The notes: a model not told the origin generated them from the sequence alone. Numbered from the stretch's first letter, positions 41,501 to 55,400 are shown. The stretch: 64,000 bases of DNA from Octopus sinensis (GCF_006345805.1 NC_043006.1:20770001-20834000); one strand, 5' to 3'. Numbers and translations are program-made.

Positions 41501-43159
41501 TTTTGAGCTAAAAAATTAACTTAACTTAACTTATCCACTAGAAAACACTTACCCAAGGTGCCATGCAGTGGGACTGAACTTGGAACTATGTGGTTAGGAA
41601 GTAAATTTCTTACCACACAGCCCATCTATAGACTAATTAACCCTTTTGTTACAGTATTTCTGTCTTTGTTTCAATTAATTTTTAAAATAAAGCATTAATT
41701 AAAATAACTTTGTCATAATGAAGCTGGTGTTTACTTACTACTTACTTGTGGCGACATCCACCCTGGGTAGGTTGAGTCGGCTTCTTCCACCACCCTTGAG
41801 GCATCTCGCACCATGGCAGTGGAAGAAGTTTCGTGGGAATATGAATTTCACAAGCGGTCCCCCAACAATCCCGCATGTAGAGACATCCTGTTTGCCACAG
41901 ATTGTCCGCAGACGCAGGGACAGAACGACTGAGGAGCCGCCAGTTGCCGAAACAGACACTCCGAGGATTTTCACCAGGTTGTGGCCCTAATACCACTCAG
42001 TGTCAGACCAATCCGCCTTGGGTGGCCCTACCAGGAACTGAAGTTCCCGACAGCATAGCTCTGACACTACCCGTTGCCAGCGTCCCCACCACGGTGAGGA
42101 GGCGATGGACTTTGGAATATAAAATAGCATGAAATTTTAAAGGTAAGTTTTAATTGTGATCATTTTAAATTAAGGACTTTGTAGCATAAAACATGGAGTA
42201 ATTTCAAGCAGGTTGGTAACAAAAATGTAAAGATCCCTTTCGGTCAAGAATGACCATGGAATTGCACAAGTCCAAGCAAGGTTGTTTATGGAAGACCAGC
42301 AGTCGCCCATGAATATTAGTCTTCCTTCTCAACACCATCATTGTTACCCAAGGGAAAGGCAAGGGCTGATACAGTTTGGCATCAGTGACATCACAACTCA
42401 TTTCTACAGCTGAGTAAACTGGAGCAACATGAAATAAAGTGTCTTGCTCAAGAGCACAACACACTGCACAGTCTGGGAATCGAACTCACTACATCATGAT
42501 TGTGAGTTTGATGGTCTTAACCACTGAGCCATGCACCTCCAAGCAGGTTGGTATCAAAAGGGTTAATAGGCAGATATGTGTCTACATCTGTCATACCGTC
42601 TTTGTTATATTAGTCTACATTTATTAAATTCTGTTCATTACATTTGTCATACCGAGTTCATGGCACTTAAAAAACATTACAGCAACAGCTAAAAAAATTT
42701 AACAAAAGTGTAATGCAGTTCTATATTTAAGAGATGAGAAATTATGTACATTATTTACTTTATTTACATTTGACAGATATTTGTTCTCATCTTATTTGTT
42801 GTTAACACAATGTTTCGGCTGATATACCCTCCAGCCTCCATCAGGTGTCTTGGGGGGAATTTCAAACCTGGTTTCTCATTCCTACGGCATTTTTCAATGT
42901 TATACTTATAATTATTGTTCAGGTCACTGCTTGGAATGGAACTCAGAATCTTGGGGTTAGTAGCCTGTGCTCTTAACCACTACGCCATACACAGGGCATA
43001 AGGTGTAGTGGTTAAGAGTGCGGGCTACTAACCCCAAGATTGATCCCAAGCAGTGACCTGAAGAAGAAGAAGAAGGAGGAGAAGAAGAAGGAGGAGAAGA
43101 CAAAGAAGAAGAAGAAGAAGAAGAAGAAGTGAAAGAAGAAGAAGAAAAAGAAGAAGAAA

Positions 43160-43190
<31 letters not shown>

Positions 43191-46100
43191 GGAAGAAGAA
43201 GAAGAAGAGGAGGGAGGAGTAGGAGAATAATAATAATAATAATAATAAAAAATAATGACATTGAAAAATACCTTAGGAATGAGAACCCAGGTTCGAATTT
43301 TCCCCAAGACACCTGATGAAGGCTGGAGGGTATATCAGCGAAATGATTGTGTTAACAACAAACAAGATGAGGACAAATATCCGTCGAATGTGAATAATGT
43401 TTGGAATTTGTTAAAATATATTTTTAAAAAGTATTTTATCACATGGACTGACCCAATGGTAGAGTAGCATAGGTATCTTCAGTCTTTCTTGGAGGATATC
43501 GACTTCTGGTGGGAGTTCCTGAGTTTATAGGACTTTTGTGTTGAAATTGTTCAGTTCCCTTGTTTGCTGCAAAGATTTCTGATATATTGGTAGCTGGCAG
43601 AGTTGGCAGTGGATGGCTTTGAGGGAGCTAACAAGAAAATGAAGACATGATTAAGCTTAGCAAAATATATATATTTCTTTCTTTTTTTCTCTTTTACTTG
43701 TTTCAGTCATCTGACCGCGGCCATGCTGGAGCACCGCCTTTTAATCGAGCAACTCGACCCCGGAACTTATTCCTTTTGTAAGCCCAGTACTTATTCTATT
43801 GGTCTCTTTTGCCGAACCGCTAAGTAATGGGGACATAAACACACCAGCATCGGTTGTCAAGCAATGCTAGGGGGACAAACACAGACACACAAACGCATAT
43901 ATATATATATATATATACATATATACGACGGGCTTCTTTCAGTTTCCTATTTCTTTATTGCCCACAAGGGGCTAAACATAGAGGGGACAAACAAGGACAG
44001 ACAAACGGATTAAGTCGATTATATCGACCCCAGTGCGTAACTGGTACTTATTTAATCGACCCCGAAGGGATGAAAGGTAAAGTCGCCATCGGCGGAATTT
44101 GAACTCAGAATGCAGCGGCAGACGAAATACTGCTAAGTATTTCGCCCGGCGTGCTAACATTTCTGCCAGCTTGCCGCCTTCTTTCAGTTTCTGTCTACCA
44201 AATCCACTCACAAGGCTTTAGTCGGCCCGAGACTATAGTAGAAGACACTTGCCCAAGGTTCCACGCAGTGGGACTGAACCCGGAACCATGTGGTTGGTAA
44301 ACAAGCTACTTACCACACAGACACTCCTGCGCCTGTACGTATGTATGTATGTATGTATAATAGTGTGTGTTTGTGTATATGAGAGAGTGATAATAATATG
44401 AATGTGACTGAGATAAGTATAAATATGTCTATGACAGAGAGAGAGAGGGGGGAGTGAGGGAGAGAGAGAGAGAGAAAAGAATTTAACTAAAAGTTAGTGA
44501 CAGCCAATTCAAAATGGTAATATTTGGATGGTTACTAAGGCAGCAAGCTGGCGAACTGTTACCAAGCCAGGCAAAATGTTTAGTAGCATCTCATCCGTCT
44601 TTATATTGTTACTTCAAATTCTGTTGAGGTTCACAATAACGTGAAATAAAGTGTCTTGCTCAAGGACACAATGCATTGCTGGGAATTGAACACATGACCG
44701 TACGATTGTAGGCTGAAAACCCTAACCACTAAGCCGCATGCCTTCATCGTTGGGAATTAAGGAAAGTACAAACAGACTTTTGACTTTCCTTTTTATAAAA
44801 TAAGTGCCACTTGAGGACTGTAAAGGGTAAAGGTAAAGTTGCCTTCTCGATTTGCACCAACCCAAACCCACAAGGGCCAGTTTCCCAGTTTCCATGGCAC
44901 ATATATTCCCCATCTGGACAGGGTGCTGGTCTGTTGCAGGATTACTCTTTTTGCCTGGGGGGGGGGGGTCTATTTGCTCGACTAAAGGTGGTGCTCCAGC
45001 ATGGTCACAGTTACTGAAACAAGTAAAAGAGATAGCAGTAACACAAAAAATTTAATGAGCAGGTCAGAAAAGACAGAAAAAAACATAAAGTGAATTTACA
45101 GGGGAAATTTTGGAGTCTAAAGGATGTGGAACCTCTCGTAGTTCGTCCCAAAGAGGATCATCAAGTAAATTATTAGATACTGCAAGTAATGGTGATTGGT
45201 TTCTTCGAAGACGAGACTCTATTTCTTCATTGAGTGTTGGTTGGTATTGCCTAAAAAAGACAAAAAAGTACTAGAGCTATTATGGATCTTTTCGGTTTGA
45301 ACGGCAGTTTTTTCTAGCGGTGTCATATGAAATTGTCAACCATAATTATGACCCTAGTATCGATCTATTGCATTTCAATCTGTTTTAGGGTTAGTGTTAG
45401 TTAGGGTTAGGGGAAGAGTATCTTTTTTTCTTCACAAATGTAAATAAACCCAATCTGTTTCTTAAACGAGGGACATATTCATACGGCACAGAATGTTTTT
45501 TTTTTACCTCAATACATGCCACTGATTGGTTGAAATTGCAGAAATTGAAGAAAAAAAAAACAACAAATATCTTACAAACTATAGAATTTTCTCAATAAAG
45601 CCAAGAGAAAAAGATTTTTTATAAACACATTCTACCAGTATATGAAGTTTAAAATCTTTTAGTTACCTACAAATTATGTTAAAAACTTCCGTTCAAACCG
45701 AAAAGATCCGATATTATTAGTGCTTGATAGCAATACAAGAAAAGACATTAGCTTTAGGTCATACGGTCAGTGATAGTTATAATAAACATAGCTGTTTGGT
45801 TATGAATGACTGGCAGTCCATTGGTTATGATGATGAGGGTTCCAGTTGGTTTGTTTAACAGAACAGCCTGCTTGTGAAATTAACACTGAAGTGGCTGAGT
45901 GTTCCACAGACACACGTACCTTTAACATAGTTCTCAGGGAGATTCAGTGTGACACAAAGTGTGGCAAGGCTGGCTCTTTGAAATACAGGTACTACTCATT
46001 TTTGCCAGCTGAGTGGACTAGAATAACGTGAAATAAAGTGTCTTGCTCAAGGACACAACGCGTTGCCAGGAATTGAACTGATGACCTTAAGACTGTAAGC

Positions 46101-49100
46101 TGAATACCCTAACCACTAAGCCATGCACCTTCACTGTTTGGATATACAACAGTGGTATACAGATGCAGGTGTGACTGTGTGGCAAAGAAGCTAGCTTCCC
46201 AACCAAGTGGTCCTGGGTTCAGTCCTGCTGTGTGGCAATTTGGGCAAGTATGTCTTCTATTATAGTCCCAGGACAACTAAAGTCATGTGAGTAGATTTGG
46301 TAGATGGAAACTGAGAGAAGCCTGTTATATGCTGCTATAGAAACCAAGCCAAAGTTGTAGACACTGGAGCTTGAGTCAATCCTTAACCCTTTAGCATTCA
46401 GATCATTCTGTCAAATGTCAAAATCGAAAATCAAAATCGAAATCAATCAACATCAATGGAAATTGTAGCTGTGATACCAGTGCCGGTGGCATGTAAGAGA
46501 ACCATCCGAATTTGGCCGTTGCCAGCGTCGCCCCGACTGGCCTCCGTGCCGGTGGCATGTAAAAAGCACCATCCGATTGTGGCCGTTGCCAGCCTTGTCT
46601 GGCCCCCGTGTCAGTGGCACGTAAAAAGCACCATCCGATTGTGACCGTTTGCCAGCCTCGTCTGGCACCTGTGCCGGTGGCACGTAAAAAACACCCACTA
46701 CACTCACGGAGTGAGCAAATCGACCCCAGGACTCATTCTTTGGAAGCCTAGTACTTATTCTATCAGCCTCTTTTGCCAAACCACTAAGTTACGGGGACGT
46801 AAACACACCAACATCGGTTGTCAAGCGATGTTGGGAGACAAACACAGACACACAAATATATACACATATATATGACGGGCTTCTTTCAGTTTCCGTCTAC
46901 CAAATTCACTCACTAGGCTTTGGTTGGCCCAAGGTTATAATAGAAGACACTTGCCCAAGGTGGCACGCAGTGGGACTGAAACCGGAACCATGTGGTTGGT
47001 AAGCAAGCTACTTTATTTCATAGAAATTTGCCATAAAGGCATTACAAAGAGCAGCTTGCGGGCTAGACATAGACGTTAATGAGGCGGATGATTATGATGA
47101 AAAATGGTAAAGATGGGAGAAGGCAGACGGCGCCTGCTGATCCTCTGCTTCTCTAAAACATTATTTTTTAAAAATACATACAACGAGGTACTGACCCTCT
47201 TACAATTCAAAAATACAATTTCTTTGGACCAAAAAGTCCATACAACCAAAATTACAGTTTATTCACAAATTAGAGGCAATGAACCTCTACAAGCACTGCT
47301 GCAACCGAAATCTGGAACTCCGATGTAGAATTCTGAAATTCTCGTTTTTACACGAGTCAATTATCATATTGCAATGTCTTCTTTCCAGCACCAGAGGCAG
47401 CCACCTGAGAAGGCCCCTCTGGGCTCTCAATACAATTCGGTTCCCTCAGGATCCGACTGTCCATTTGGTTCTCGACATAACTCTTGCTATCTGTTAATTT
47501 TTTTTACTCATATATTTGAATTGGTAATAGGAAGAGAGCATTCAGCTATAAAACAATGCCTCAGTAAAATGTTCATCGGACCCATGCTAACAAGGAAAAT
47601 CAGACATAAAAAAAGTGAACAAATGAATAAATAAATATATACCCATTTCTTTATTACCCACAAGGGGCTAAACATAGAGGGGACAAACAAGGACAGACAT
47701 TTTTTTTTTCTTTCTCTTTTATTTCTTTACTACCCACAAGGGCCCAAACACAGAGGGGACAAACAAGGACAGACAAACAGATTAAATCGATTACATCGAC
47801 CCCAGTGCGTAACTGGTACTTAATTTATCGACCCCGAAAGGATGAAAGGCAAAGTCGACCTTGGCGGAATTTGAAGCCAGATGGAAACGGCAGACGAAAT
47901 ACGGCTACGCATTTCGCCCGGCGTGCTAACATTTCTGCCAGCTCGCCGCCTTAAATATATATATAAACTAGCAGTATCGCCCGGCGTTGCTCGGGTTGTA
48001 AGGGAAATAACTATATAAGCATTTTTAGAGAGTTATAGCAAAAAATAGCAAAAAAATGCATTAAAAATTGAAAAAAAATTAAGGTAAATTTTTTTTAAAT
48101 CGTTGACACATCGTAGATATTTTTAGAGAGTTACTTCCCTTATATAAAAGCGAAAAAATGCATTAAAATGGAAAAATATGATGGTAAATTTTTTTTAAAT
48201 CGTAGACTCATCGTAGACACACGCTAATACCAAGAAGGGCTCGATATGAATCACGACTATAAGATACCCGCTTTTGGTTAAACTGCACCGCAAAATGTGG
48301 GAGTAGTTAGGAATCTAAATCGTAGGAGACAGACACACAACTTCACTCTTATATAAAGACGCTTTTTTTTTTTCAGTCATAGAGTTAGATTTATGAAGGT
48401 GTTCAGTAGAAAATCCTTCGAATTCTGACTCGCTGCTTGATATAATGAAATTCGTATCCATTTTTTGTCAGAATTACAAATTTTGAAAACACAATAGGAA
48501 CAAATTTCGGAAAAAAATCTCCCATAATTCACGGAATTAAAATTACACTTCGATTTTTGTACAAAACTGTATTTGAAGTGTTTACGAAGTATAATACGTG
48601 TTTTCACGAATGTACTAAAGAGATTTACTCTGATATTCTCATTTAAATATGAATAGGTAAATTCGGGCGGCTTGGTAACTATATATAAGTGTCGTCTGTT
48701 TATACATAAACACTGTTTCATACTGCAATTATATATACATATATCTATATATAATATTATATAATAAAATATATACAGAGTAAAATAAAAACCAATTTAC
48801 CTTTTCTGTCCGTCCGTGTGTCTTTGCAAATGTGTTGGAATGATAAGTGAGTTGAGTTTTGGCGCCTTTTTTACTAATAACAAACACACACGTGTTTGTA
48901 TGTAGTTGTATGTGTATGTAGTTGTATGTAGTTGTATATGTATGTGTATGCGTGTGTGTGAGGAATGACACACACACACTCACGCACGCACACATGTACA
49001 TCAATGCTTTCGGAGTGATATGTTAAAATATTGAGTTTTCTCGAATTTTGTCTTAATTGGTGGTAAAATTGAAAGAAATTTTTTATGGCATCACCCACTG

Positions 49101-52100
49101 AAGTACTCTGAAAAATCTTAGGTAAATTCTAATTGAAGAAGTTGTGTGAGGATTAAATGGTTATGTATTTATTTGTTTCTGTTTGCTGTGTTTTTTTATT
49201 TTTTGAGTAGTGGTTTAAACACTTTCAGTTTAGTCTTCCTCAAATCACTCTGTCGCTATTTACTTTCATTTTATTCGTTGGCCACTGTGTGTGTGCGTTT
49301 GCGTGTGGTGTAAACCAGACTAAGAAAAGCATTTGACACACACACCAGAATGTGAGTTTTCTGTAAATTTTGCTTAATTGGAGTTTAAATTTTAAAAACT
49401 GGACCTGGCATGACGCGATGCATTGTACTCTTAAAAATGCTAGGTAAATTGTAATTGAAGAAATCCTATATTGTAGATTTGTATAACTCCCAAAGGGAGG
49501 CAGATAAAATCTGCCTTTTATAATAAGAGATATATACCCACACACACATACGCACACAGATGGATAGATATGTAGGTAGATAGATAGATAGATAGCAACT
49601 GGTGCAGATATGACAGACGAAAAGAACTGATAACTGAAGGCAGCATTACCTGCTAGTACTCGGCTCATCTCTACTCCTTTCATGGGGTCCATTTACCCAT
49701 TTGATATGTTTACTGGGCTCTGAACTTTCCGTGTTCTCAATAGCTTTCAAGCGATTACGCAACGGGGGCTTTTCTACACCAAAGACATCCTGGGATATAA
49801 ATAATAAAAATGATTAGGGCTTCAGACTCTAATGAAAAGGCTATACATTTATGGTCATGATCTGACAACAAAATCCTTCAATGTAATGAAATCTTGCATC
49901 ATTGTCAAGACATTAATTTCTTTTTTTTCTTTTTGTATAAACTACACCAATTTTAAAAGGGAAGATTCTCAGCGTTATCAGTTAAAAATAACAGTCAAAT
50001 ATCTTTCAAATCACATCCTACTCATCATCATCTCTATATATATAAACGGCAAAATGTCTGCGTGTGTGTCCTTTATACAAATCCACAATTTTTCAGTTAG
50101 AGGGCTCGCACTTTCTATGGTCATTCAAAACTGTCCAAGGGTGGTCATGGCACATCTTTACATTTCCCCAGTCACCCCGCAAAGCGATTAAAAAAGTCAA
50201 TAGAAGTGACTTTTTTGTGAATTTTCTATCCAAAACCCAGTCAAAATGCCCGAAACTTGATACGCCAATTGAATGCCAGCTAGCTGTATGTGATTGGTCG
50301 GAGATTTGGACAGTACTCGCGTGTATGTGCGCACGCATGCAGCTGTATATGCATGCACTAGCAGTATGACCCAACATGCTATAAAACAACAGCTAAATTG
50401 CCCTCAAATATGCATGTTTGATGTGGCGCCAGAGACACTATGTCTGAATAAAACAGGATTGTCATAGATGAAGAACCTTTGATTAACCCCTTAGCATTCA
50501 AATGTAAGGCTTTTTCATTTACACTGATTTTAATTAATCCCTTTACTCTCTTTTACTCTTTTACTTGTTTCAGTCATTTGACTGTGGCCATGCTGGAGCA
50601 CCACCTTTAGTCGAGCAAATCGACCCCGGGACTTATTCTTTGTAAGCCCAGTACTTATTCCATCACTCTCTTTTGCCGAACCGCTAAGTGACGGGGACGT
50701 AAACACACCAGCATCGGTTGTCAAGCAATGCTAGGGGGGACAAACACAGACACACAAATACACACATACATATATATATATATATAATATATATATATAT
50801 ATATACATATATACGACAAGCTTCTTTCAGTTTCCATCTACCAAATCCACTCACAAGGCATTGGTCGGCCCGGGGATATAGCAGAAGACACTTGCCCAAG
50901 ATGCCACGCAGTGGGACTGAACCCGGAACCATGTGGTTGGTTAGCAAGCTACTTACCACACAGCCACTCCTGCGCCTATCATGCATCATTTTGTAAATTT
51001 GAATTTTTTATGATGTGATTGTATATTTTTAGAATGACATTGAAGGGTAAGTATGACAGGCAGGATCTGGCTGGTTAAAATATTTAAACAGGTAGCATAC
51101 TTGTGTTGGATATGGCCAGTTTAAATGCTAATGTGTTAAAGAGCAACTCCGCCACCAATAATTACTGATACTGACCAGTGAGAGACTGCTTCCAATGCCT
51201 GGGTGTGAAGCTGTATTGTCTACCGGTCCTTTAGGGTTACCATATCGTCGCAGGTTCGCCTGCAAACCAGAGCAGTATAGTGTTAGTAATCTCAAACACA
51301 AACAACTTACTGCAACGAATTATCCACCAAATTTATAATCAAAATAACTGACATATATATAAATATCTGTTCTATGAGTAAAACAACAAACAGAGGCAAC
51401 TGACTAAAATGTCGCCCTATCCTTCTTTCTCTCTTATATATACACACACACACACACACACACATACATGTTTCTTTTATTTATTTATTTTTTTTTACTT
51501 TTACTTGTTTCAGTCATTTGACTGCGGCCATGCTGCAGCACCGCCTTTAGGCGAGCAAATCGACCCCGGGACTTATTCTTTGTAAGCCCAGTACTTATTC
51601 CATCACTCTCTTTTGCCGAACCGCTAAGTGACGGGCACGTAAACACACCAGCATCGGTTGTCAAGCAATGCTAGGGGGACAAACACAGACACACAAACAC
51701 ATATATATACATATATATATATATATGACAGGCTTCTTTCAGTTTCCGTCTACCAAATCCACTCACAAGGCATTGGTCAGCCCGGGGCTATAGCAGAAGA
51801 CACTTGCCCAAGATGCCACGCAGTGGGACTGAACCTGGAACCATGTGGTTGGTTAGCAAGCTACTTACCACACAGCCACTCCATTATTTTCTTCTATTAT
51901 TCCTCTTCTCTCTCATTCTCTCATATCCTCTCACCATATGGACTTACCCCAGCCAAATGCTTTTGGTAATCGTTCTCTAGTTCTGCTCTCAGCTTCTTCT
52001 TTTTTTTGTCATATTCACCAAACTTGGAAAAAAAATCCACAGATTCTGTGGTGTTCTTGGTCACTGGTTTTGGTGGTGGCTCAGGCTGTTGTGTTGTCTG

Positions 52101-52337
52101 TCTTTGACTGTTCAACTAAACAAACAAACAAAAAAACATTTTAATTCACTTCATTTATGTGATTTGATTAACACGGGGTAGGCATGGCTGTGTGTTTGAG
52201 AAATTCATTTGGCAACTGCATGATTTCAGGTTCGGTACCACTATACAACCCTATGCAAATATCTTCTATTATTACCCTAGCCCTGCCAAATCTTTGTGAA
52301 TATATCTGGAGATGGAAAATGAAAGAAGACCATTGTA

Positions 52338-52400
<63 letters not shown>

Positions 52401-55400
52401 ATCACGTGACCGACCAGACCATCAGATGTTGTTACACATCACTGGTCACAATGCGTTCGCATTGCTTTAGCCTTCGAATGACGCCACCCCGCTGGTAGAA
52501 ATAAGGGTAGAAATTGATATTAATCAATTAAAACCAGTGGCCTAGCATATTAAAAAAATCCGAAGATTAAAATATTTTTACATACAAAATTCAAAGGACT
52601 GACCACTAAAAGTGGACAGTCAACATGCTAGATATAGACGTCAAATCGCTATTTTCCACAAAGAATATGTTCTCAAATAAAAAACTCAGTACAAACCAAA
52701 GCATTTTTAATGAGTTTTTTTATTTGAGAACATATTCTTTGTGGAAAATAGCGATTTATATATATATATATATCTAATGTAGGATAAAATTTTTTGAAAA
52801 AAATTCTATCAATGGCCAGCAAAAATTCCTTTAAAGGTTAAATTTATAAACAATTTATAAGTAAGGGCAAAAGAAAAAATTTCTAATGCCAAAAAATCAG
52901 GTCTGATATGGTAATAACGAGATTTTTTAGAAATTTCTGTCGGCTTTCTTCGAAACACGTGCTTGTAGTGATAAATTACATGGTTATTGACATTGTGTCT
53001 ATTTTCGGCATATTTTGGCATTAGAAACTTTTCTTTTGCCCTTACCTATAAATTGTTTATATATATATATATATAACATCTCTCCTTCCTACTTATTTAA
53101 TTTAACACTGGCACATTTATATGTATATTTGCAGCTGCAGTACTGTTTATATTTACAATAAATGCCTTGTTCTCACCCCCAATAGAGGCAACAATTTTAA
53201 CATGCTTGAATGATGATAGGTTAAAAGCGAGAACAATTGTTGTGACATATTGGTTATCAAACGATCACAGAAACCTTCTTTCCAGGTACTGAATAACATC
53301 TCTCCATGTTCCCTCCCACATCCCTTTTCCAGTTTTCAGAGTTGGCACTGTAAATGTTGGGACATTGAAATATGTAGGTCTAACGAGATTGTAGAGATGC
53401 TTGAAGGTAAAGTGGAGAGGAGCTTCAGCCAGGTTCCTCACAGGCAAGACACATAGGTATAAAATCTTCTGGGAAGGTAACAATCAGGTAATTCTGCAAA
53501 CAAGATCAATTTTCCCATTTCCAGTAAGGCAAATGCAGGAGTATTACCTAGCCAAAGATAAACCTCTGTAATTGGCTTTTGTTGACTTGGAGAAGGCTTT
53601 TGACAGGGTCCTCTGATCCCTTATCTGGTGGTCATGTAGAAACTAGAGATAGACAAGTGGTTGGTGAGAGCCGAAGGTAGGCAGTGAGTACAGTGAAGAA
53701 TTCAGGGTACAAGAAGGGGATCACCAAGGATTGGTGCCCAGCCCCATCTTGTTCAGTCCTCCAGGCAAAGGGAGCTCCTCTATGCTGATGACCTTGCTCT
53801 TATTGCTGAATCACTACATGAACTAGAGAAAAAGTTCCAGGTATGGAAGCAAGGTCTAGAAGCAAAGAGCCTTAGAGTTAACCTAACAAAAACCAAAGTC
53901 TTAATAAGTAGGAAGGCAGACAAATCCCAAATCCCTTCAGGTAGCAGGCCTTGCTCAATCTTTATAAAAGGTGTAGGTAGAAACCCCATAAGATGCACCC
54001 AGTGAAAGCTTTGGATTAATAAAAGGTGCAGCAACATCAGAGGAATGTTAACAGGGAAACTAATTTTTTCTATGTGGAAGGTGCACAGGTGCAATAAACG
54101 CTGAAAATGTGTAGAACATAGACTCCATCAACTGCCAAGGAGTCAACCTAGACGTAGTAGATAGCTTCCATTATCTAGGTGACCAAGTTAGTAGTGGAAG
54201 TAGATGCTCTAAGAGCATAGCTGTGAGAATAAGAATAGGCTGGGTGAAGTTCAGAGAGCTCCTACCTATGCTGGCAACAAAGGCTGATTGTTTGAGGCCT
54301 GTGTATGAACAGCTATGTTGCATGGCAGTGAAACATGGGCTTTTACAGCTGAGGACATGCGTAGGCTTGAAAGAAATGAAGCCAGTATTCTTCACTGGAT
54401 GTGCAATGTCAGTGTGCATGTTTGATAGAGTGTAAGCATCTTGAGAGAGGAATCACGTGGTGTGCAAGAGAGGCAACTGCGCTGGTATAGTCATGTGATG
54501 CATATGGATGAGGACAGCTGTGTAGAGAAGTGCCGATCTCTAATTGTGGAGGGAACCTGTGGTAGAAGTAGACCCAGGAAGACATGGGATGAGGTCGTGA
54601 AGCATGACCCTTGAACTGCACAGATGCATTGACTGGTGACTGAGATTATTCGGTGATGTGCTGTGCTTGAGAGGACCCATCAAGCCAAGAGCACTCATGC
54701 TGGTGGCACGTAAAGAACATCTTTGAATGTTGGGACTCATGGAGGCAAAGTGGCTGAGTTCCTTTCGAGTGCTGAGCCTCACAGAGGTAATGACCAAGAC
54801 CTTTGGCATTATGTTGTGCTTGAGAAAATGACCCATGCAAATCAGCACCTGTGCCAGTGGCATGTAAATGCACCCCAATGTCATGTAAATGGCACCTGAG
54901 AGGTTGGCATTAGGAAGGGCATCCGGCTGTAGAAAATCATGCCAAATCAGACTGGAGACCAGTGCAGCATGCCAGCCCAGTCAAACCATTCAATGATGAG
55001 GTGATGGTATAGGTTAATGGATAAACAAAAGAAAAAGGCAACCAACACATTTAGTAGGAGTTACTTATATTATAATTATAATTCTCATTCTGAGTTCAAA
55101 TTCTGCCAGGATTGACTTTGCCTTTCATCTTTTTGGGGTCAATTAAATAAGTACCAGTTGAGCACTGGGGTTGATGTAATTGACTTATCCCCTCCTCTGA
55201 ACTTACTGGCCTTCTGCCAAAATTTAAAATCATTATTAATAATAATAATAATAATAATAATAACTAGCACTATGACCCGGCAACGCATATACATGCATAT
55301 ACAGCTGCGTGCGTGCGCACATTCACGCGAGTACTGTCCAAATCTCCGACCGATCACATACAGCTAGCTGGCATTCAATTAGCGTATCAAGTTTTGGGCA

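Larger units (their letters stand above)
42748..43400. mobile_element. Inverted pair of Penelope-like/SINE-like segments around a (GAA)n tract
   Basis: 42748-42905 mirrors 43255-43400 and 42920-42990 mirrors 43000-43060; a purine tract (~43060-43230) sits in the right arm. Confidence 0.65.

Noticed and set aside
42957-43312. Ser-rich and Leu-rich ORFs
   Set aside because: Translations of the (GAA)n/(AAT)n tract.
45385-45413. Interstitial telomere
   Set aside because: Only 3-4 imperfect TTAGGG units, and they lie inside a MITE that recurs at 60748.
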